The notes under the pieces: generated by a model
The model's database searches: none
What the model saw: only the letters and a program-made list of their open reading frames with translations
Told to the model about the DNA's origin: nothing
Shown: piece by piece, positions 34,226 through 37,266 of the stretch
How positions within the stretch are numbered: the stretch's first letter is position 1
Layout of the letters: every line of letters begins with the position of its first letter
Source of the DNA: Octopus bimaculoides
Taxonomy: Eukaryota
DNA: 37,266 bases
Assembly (NCBI RefSeq): GCF_001194135.2
Contig: NC_068995.1
Span: 22,195,519 to 22,232,784 of the forward strand
Reading direction: 5' to 3'
Made by a program: the position numbers and the translations under genes

Positions 34226-34579
34226 AAATGCCTGTGTAGTATTGAATTAGATTTTCCTAATTTTCATTCCCTTTCTAAAACAGCTGCTTTGGAGATCAGT
34301 TGGGAGGGACAAATGGCTTCGGAATTGATGAAAGCTTTCTTTGGTATTAGAAAATCCGGAAGCTGTGTTATTGTGCTCTACTGTAGAGAAATGAGAGTAA
34401 AAAAGACTTTTGAAGGACAGATTAATCATTTCTACTAAAATAGTTATTACAAACAATGTATTTAGTTATTGTTTACAATATATTCCACGAGTAAGGTTAT
34501 TTAGAGAAAGTGCAGTTTCATATAAAAGGAAACTTCATGTAACTTTTGATAAAAATTTATTTTCCTAATTTCTTAACCC

Positions 34580-34755
34580 TAGTTGCTAGGAATCTGTACT
34601 CGCGATCGTGAGGTCATGTTTTCGATTCCTAGACCGGTTGTATTTCTAAGCAAAACATCATTTCCCCTTGTTTCTGCACGTAGCTCTAAATGAATTCCAG
34701 CAATAGCTGGGAGGTTTGCACTGTAACCAACCAACATCCCGCTCAAGGTTGGTTA
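34580..34755 (+). mobile_element. Highly decayed SINE head (family 3-like)
   Basis: ctcgcgatcgtgaggtcatgttttcgattcctagaccgg..tttctaagcaaaacatc aligns to the reverse complement of 31122-31262. Confidence 0.55.
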
Positions 34756-35030
34756 CTGTAAACTCGGTGAATTATACGTCATACAGAATAATTAAGCTCC
34801 GCTCTTAGGACTCCTACGGTGTATGACAGACCAGTGTCACAAATTGAGCAAGTAACCTATGTAATTAATACAAAAAACGGTGGGAAGAAAGTAGATGTAA
34901 AAAGTGGAAGGTTAACACTGGAAAAAGAAAGGTAAAAGAACGCTAAAAAAGGATAAAAAGTAAAGCCCTGTCCCCGTTGACCGAAAATACATAATTAGGC
35001 TGAAAGGCTATGAGCCTAGAATCTGCGGTA

Positions 35031-35143
35031 CAGCCACTCAAAACGGAGAGGGTGGTATTTTCTAATTTGCTAATCGGAACTTATCCATACTCAGTGGATA
35101 TAAAAATATGGAGAATTTCCACCCTCTCCGGATTGAGCAGCTG
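35031..35143. repeat. Inverted repeat (about 32-bp arms, 12-bp perfect core) with nested hairpin
   Basis: CGGAGAGGGTGG (35044-55) / CCACCCTCTCCG (35119-30); arms extend to CAGC..CTCAA / TTGAG..GCTG; inner TATCCA/TGGATA (35082-87 / 35095-100). Confidence 0.85.
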
Positions 35144-36110
35144 TCTTGCAGAATCTAAGCCCCAATCCATTCGGCCTCATTATGGTTTCACGGTCAAAGA
35201 GAATGTAACCCGAATATAACCGACCACAATTCATTTTCCCCCGTAGCTTTCGTTTTCCATTTTTTTTTATGTTTCCTCTTTTACATCCTACATTCTTCTC
35301 GTATTTTCGCTTATTCTATCATCCTACTTTAAATTGTATGCTCCATATTAGCATAACATGAGATACTATAAAGATACCAAACGTGTTAGGAAGCGTTTTA
35401 TATGTGTGTGTGTGTGTGTGTATGTGTGCGTGTGTGTGTGTAAATTATTAAGGTTGCTAGTCACGATTTGAAAACTAAAAGGCACAAGGACAATCTTCTC
35501 TAAATTGAAGACGGGTGCAGCAACATTGCTAGAAATAAGTGTCAAAATAATATGTATGTGTGTGTATATAAATATATAACATGAATATATGTATATATAT
35601 ACATATATATANNNNNNNNNNNNNNNNNNNNNNNNNNNNNNNNNNNNNNNNNNNNNNNNNNNNNNNNNNNNNNNNNNNNNNNNNNNNNNNNNNNNNNNNN
35701 NNNNNNNNNNNNNNNNNNNNNNNNNNNNNNNNNNNNNNNNNNNNNNNNNNNNNNNNNNNNNNNNNNNNNNNNNNNNNNNNNNNNNNNNNNNNNNNNNNNN
35801 NNNNNNNNNNNNNNNNNNNNNNNNNNNNNNNNNNNNNNNNNNNNNNNNNNNNNNNNNNNNNNNNNNNNNNNNNNNNNNNNNNNNNNNNNNNNNNNNNNNN
35901 NNNNNNNNNNNNNNNNNNNNNNNNNNNNNNNNNNNNNNNNNNNNNNNNNNNNNNNNNNNNNNNNNNNNNNNNNNNNNNNNNNNNNNNNNNNNNNNNNNNN
36001 NNNNNNNNNNNNNNNNNNNNNNNNNNNNNNNNNNNNNNNNNNNNNNNNNNNNNNNNNNNNNNNNNNNNNNNNNNNNNNNNNNNNNNNNNNNNNNNNNNNN
36101 NNNNNNNNNN

Positions 36111-36530
36111 AGAGGGGGTCTGTATAGAGATGATTGTCTGCTATTTCTCAGAAATAGTTCGAAACAGCAAGTACAAAGGATAAAAAATAGATTAGCTAGA
36201 TTTTTTCACAGAATGGGAATGGATATTATTTTTGAGGACAATATATCTGTAGCTAATTTTTTAGACGTTACGCTCGATCTGCATAATAAATCATATAGGC
36301 CATATCATAAACCTTTAACTAACCTGAGGTATATCAATAGATCTAGTAATCATCCAAAAGCAATAATAGATAACTTGATCCATAGTATATCTTTAAGATT
36401 GTCCAACCTGTCTGCAAATAATCTGGTTTTTGAAGATGAGGCAAAGTTTTATAACTCCGCTTTGCTGGAAGCAGGATATAATGATAAGGTATACTATATT
36501 AAACCAGATTGTGCTTCCTCTATTGAAGAT

Positions 36531-36567
<37 letters not shown>

Positions 36568-37266
36568 TTGATAATGTGAATAATAGCAATAAGGGTAGTT
36601 ATAAAACTAACAATAATAAGAATAATAAGAATAGTGTTAACCCATTCAGTAAGTTAAGGCATAGACCAAGATCCAACGATAGGGTACCAAGGACTGAAAA
36701 TAGTAGGCTTAAGTCTTTTAGGGATAATAATGTAGGTTGTTATTCTAGGAAACAGGATAGTCTATGGTTCATCGTCCCATATGGGAGGCAAGTAAAATCA
36801 AATTTAGTTAGTTTATTCAGGAATGTAGTTATTTCATTTCAAAGTTTCAGCTCAGAGCTGCGGCCATGCTGATGCACCACCGTGTTAGTTAGAAAACATT
36901 TTCCAATAAACTCGCTCTACTATAAGGTTATTAACGAGCATAAGGTAAGGTTCGGATTTTCAAACACCAAGAATTTGACCCATATCGCCGCTCATAACTT
37001 TAAACTTTTATCCTCAAAATCTAGTCATAATTCTGTTGACATAAACACAGAGGGTAATAATAATAATACAGGCAATGGTCGAGATGTTAGTCAAGACCAA
37101 AAGGATATGGATGATACCACTAATTTTGGTAATAAACTAATAGAAATATCTGAAGATAACCCTAATAGAATAAGATTCCTTAGTGCAAATGCTAAAACTA
37201 AAAACATTGTCTATAGGTGTAATGTTATAACGGTTAAGAAGATTTGGAGTTATATTGGGGCTTCGT
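36111..37266 (+). mobile_element. Penelope-like element: RT C-terminal half, Asn-rich linkers, start of GIY-YIG (runs off the window end and into a gap)
   Basis: GGLYRDDCL (YRDD 36123-34), NFLDVTLDL, PYHKP..YIN..SNHP, WFIVPY, KHFP, KNIVYRC...SYIGAS. One frame throughout except for the 60-bp insertion at 36831-36890. Confidence 0.93.
36831..36885 (-). mobile_element. 5'-truncated SINE tail inserted antisense into the PLE, 5-bp TSD TAGTT
   Basis: ctgcggccatgctgatgcacc matches the tail of the 16106 SINE (ctgcggccatgctggagcacc); TAGTT at 36826-30 and 36886-90. Confidence 0.75.

Overview
Eukaryotic, AT-rich, microsatellite-saturated genomic DNA from a short-read scaffold with 8 N-gaps, each bordered on at least one side by TA-rich simple repeats. 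The tRNA-derived SINE families look like those of octopus/cephalopods; this comes from recall, not a search. No intact host gene is supportable. The window is a graveyard of decayed transposons: an RTE-clade LINE (5' leader plus APE domain), a chimeric R4/Dong-like RLE retrotransposon, four Penelope-like (PLE) fragments, Tc1, maT and mariner fragments, a possible piggyBac fossil, and about 8 SINE pieces, four of them full-length with TSDs. The most interesting layer is non-coding. It includes an HDV-like ribozyme fold at 1698-1752 upstream of the RTE, and several unrelated short elements carrying minimal hammerhead-like motifs with an extra nucleotide after A9, about 85-155 nt from (TA)n tracts, including an inverted pair at 14.2/15.7 kb. 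A few isolated splice-signal-bounded exon candidates (notably 30446-30520, minus strand) hint that the window may be intronic. Most listed ORFs are microsatellite or N-gap artefacts.
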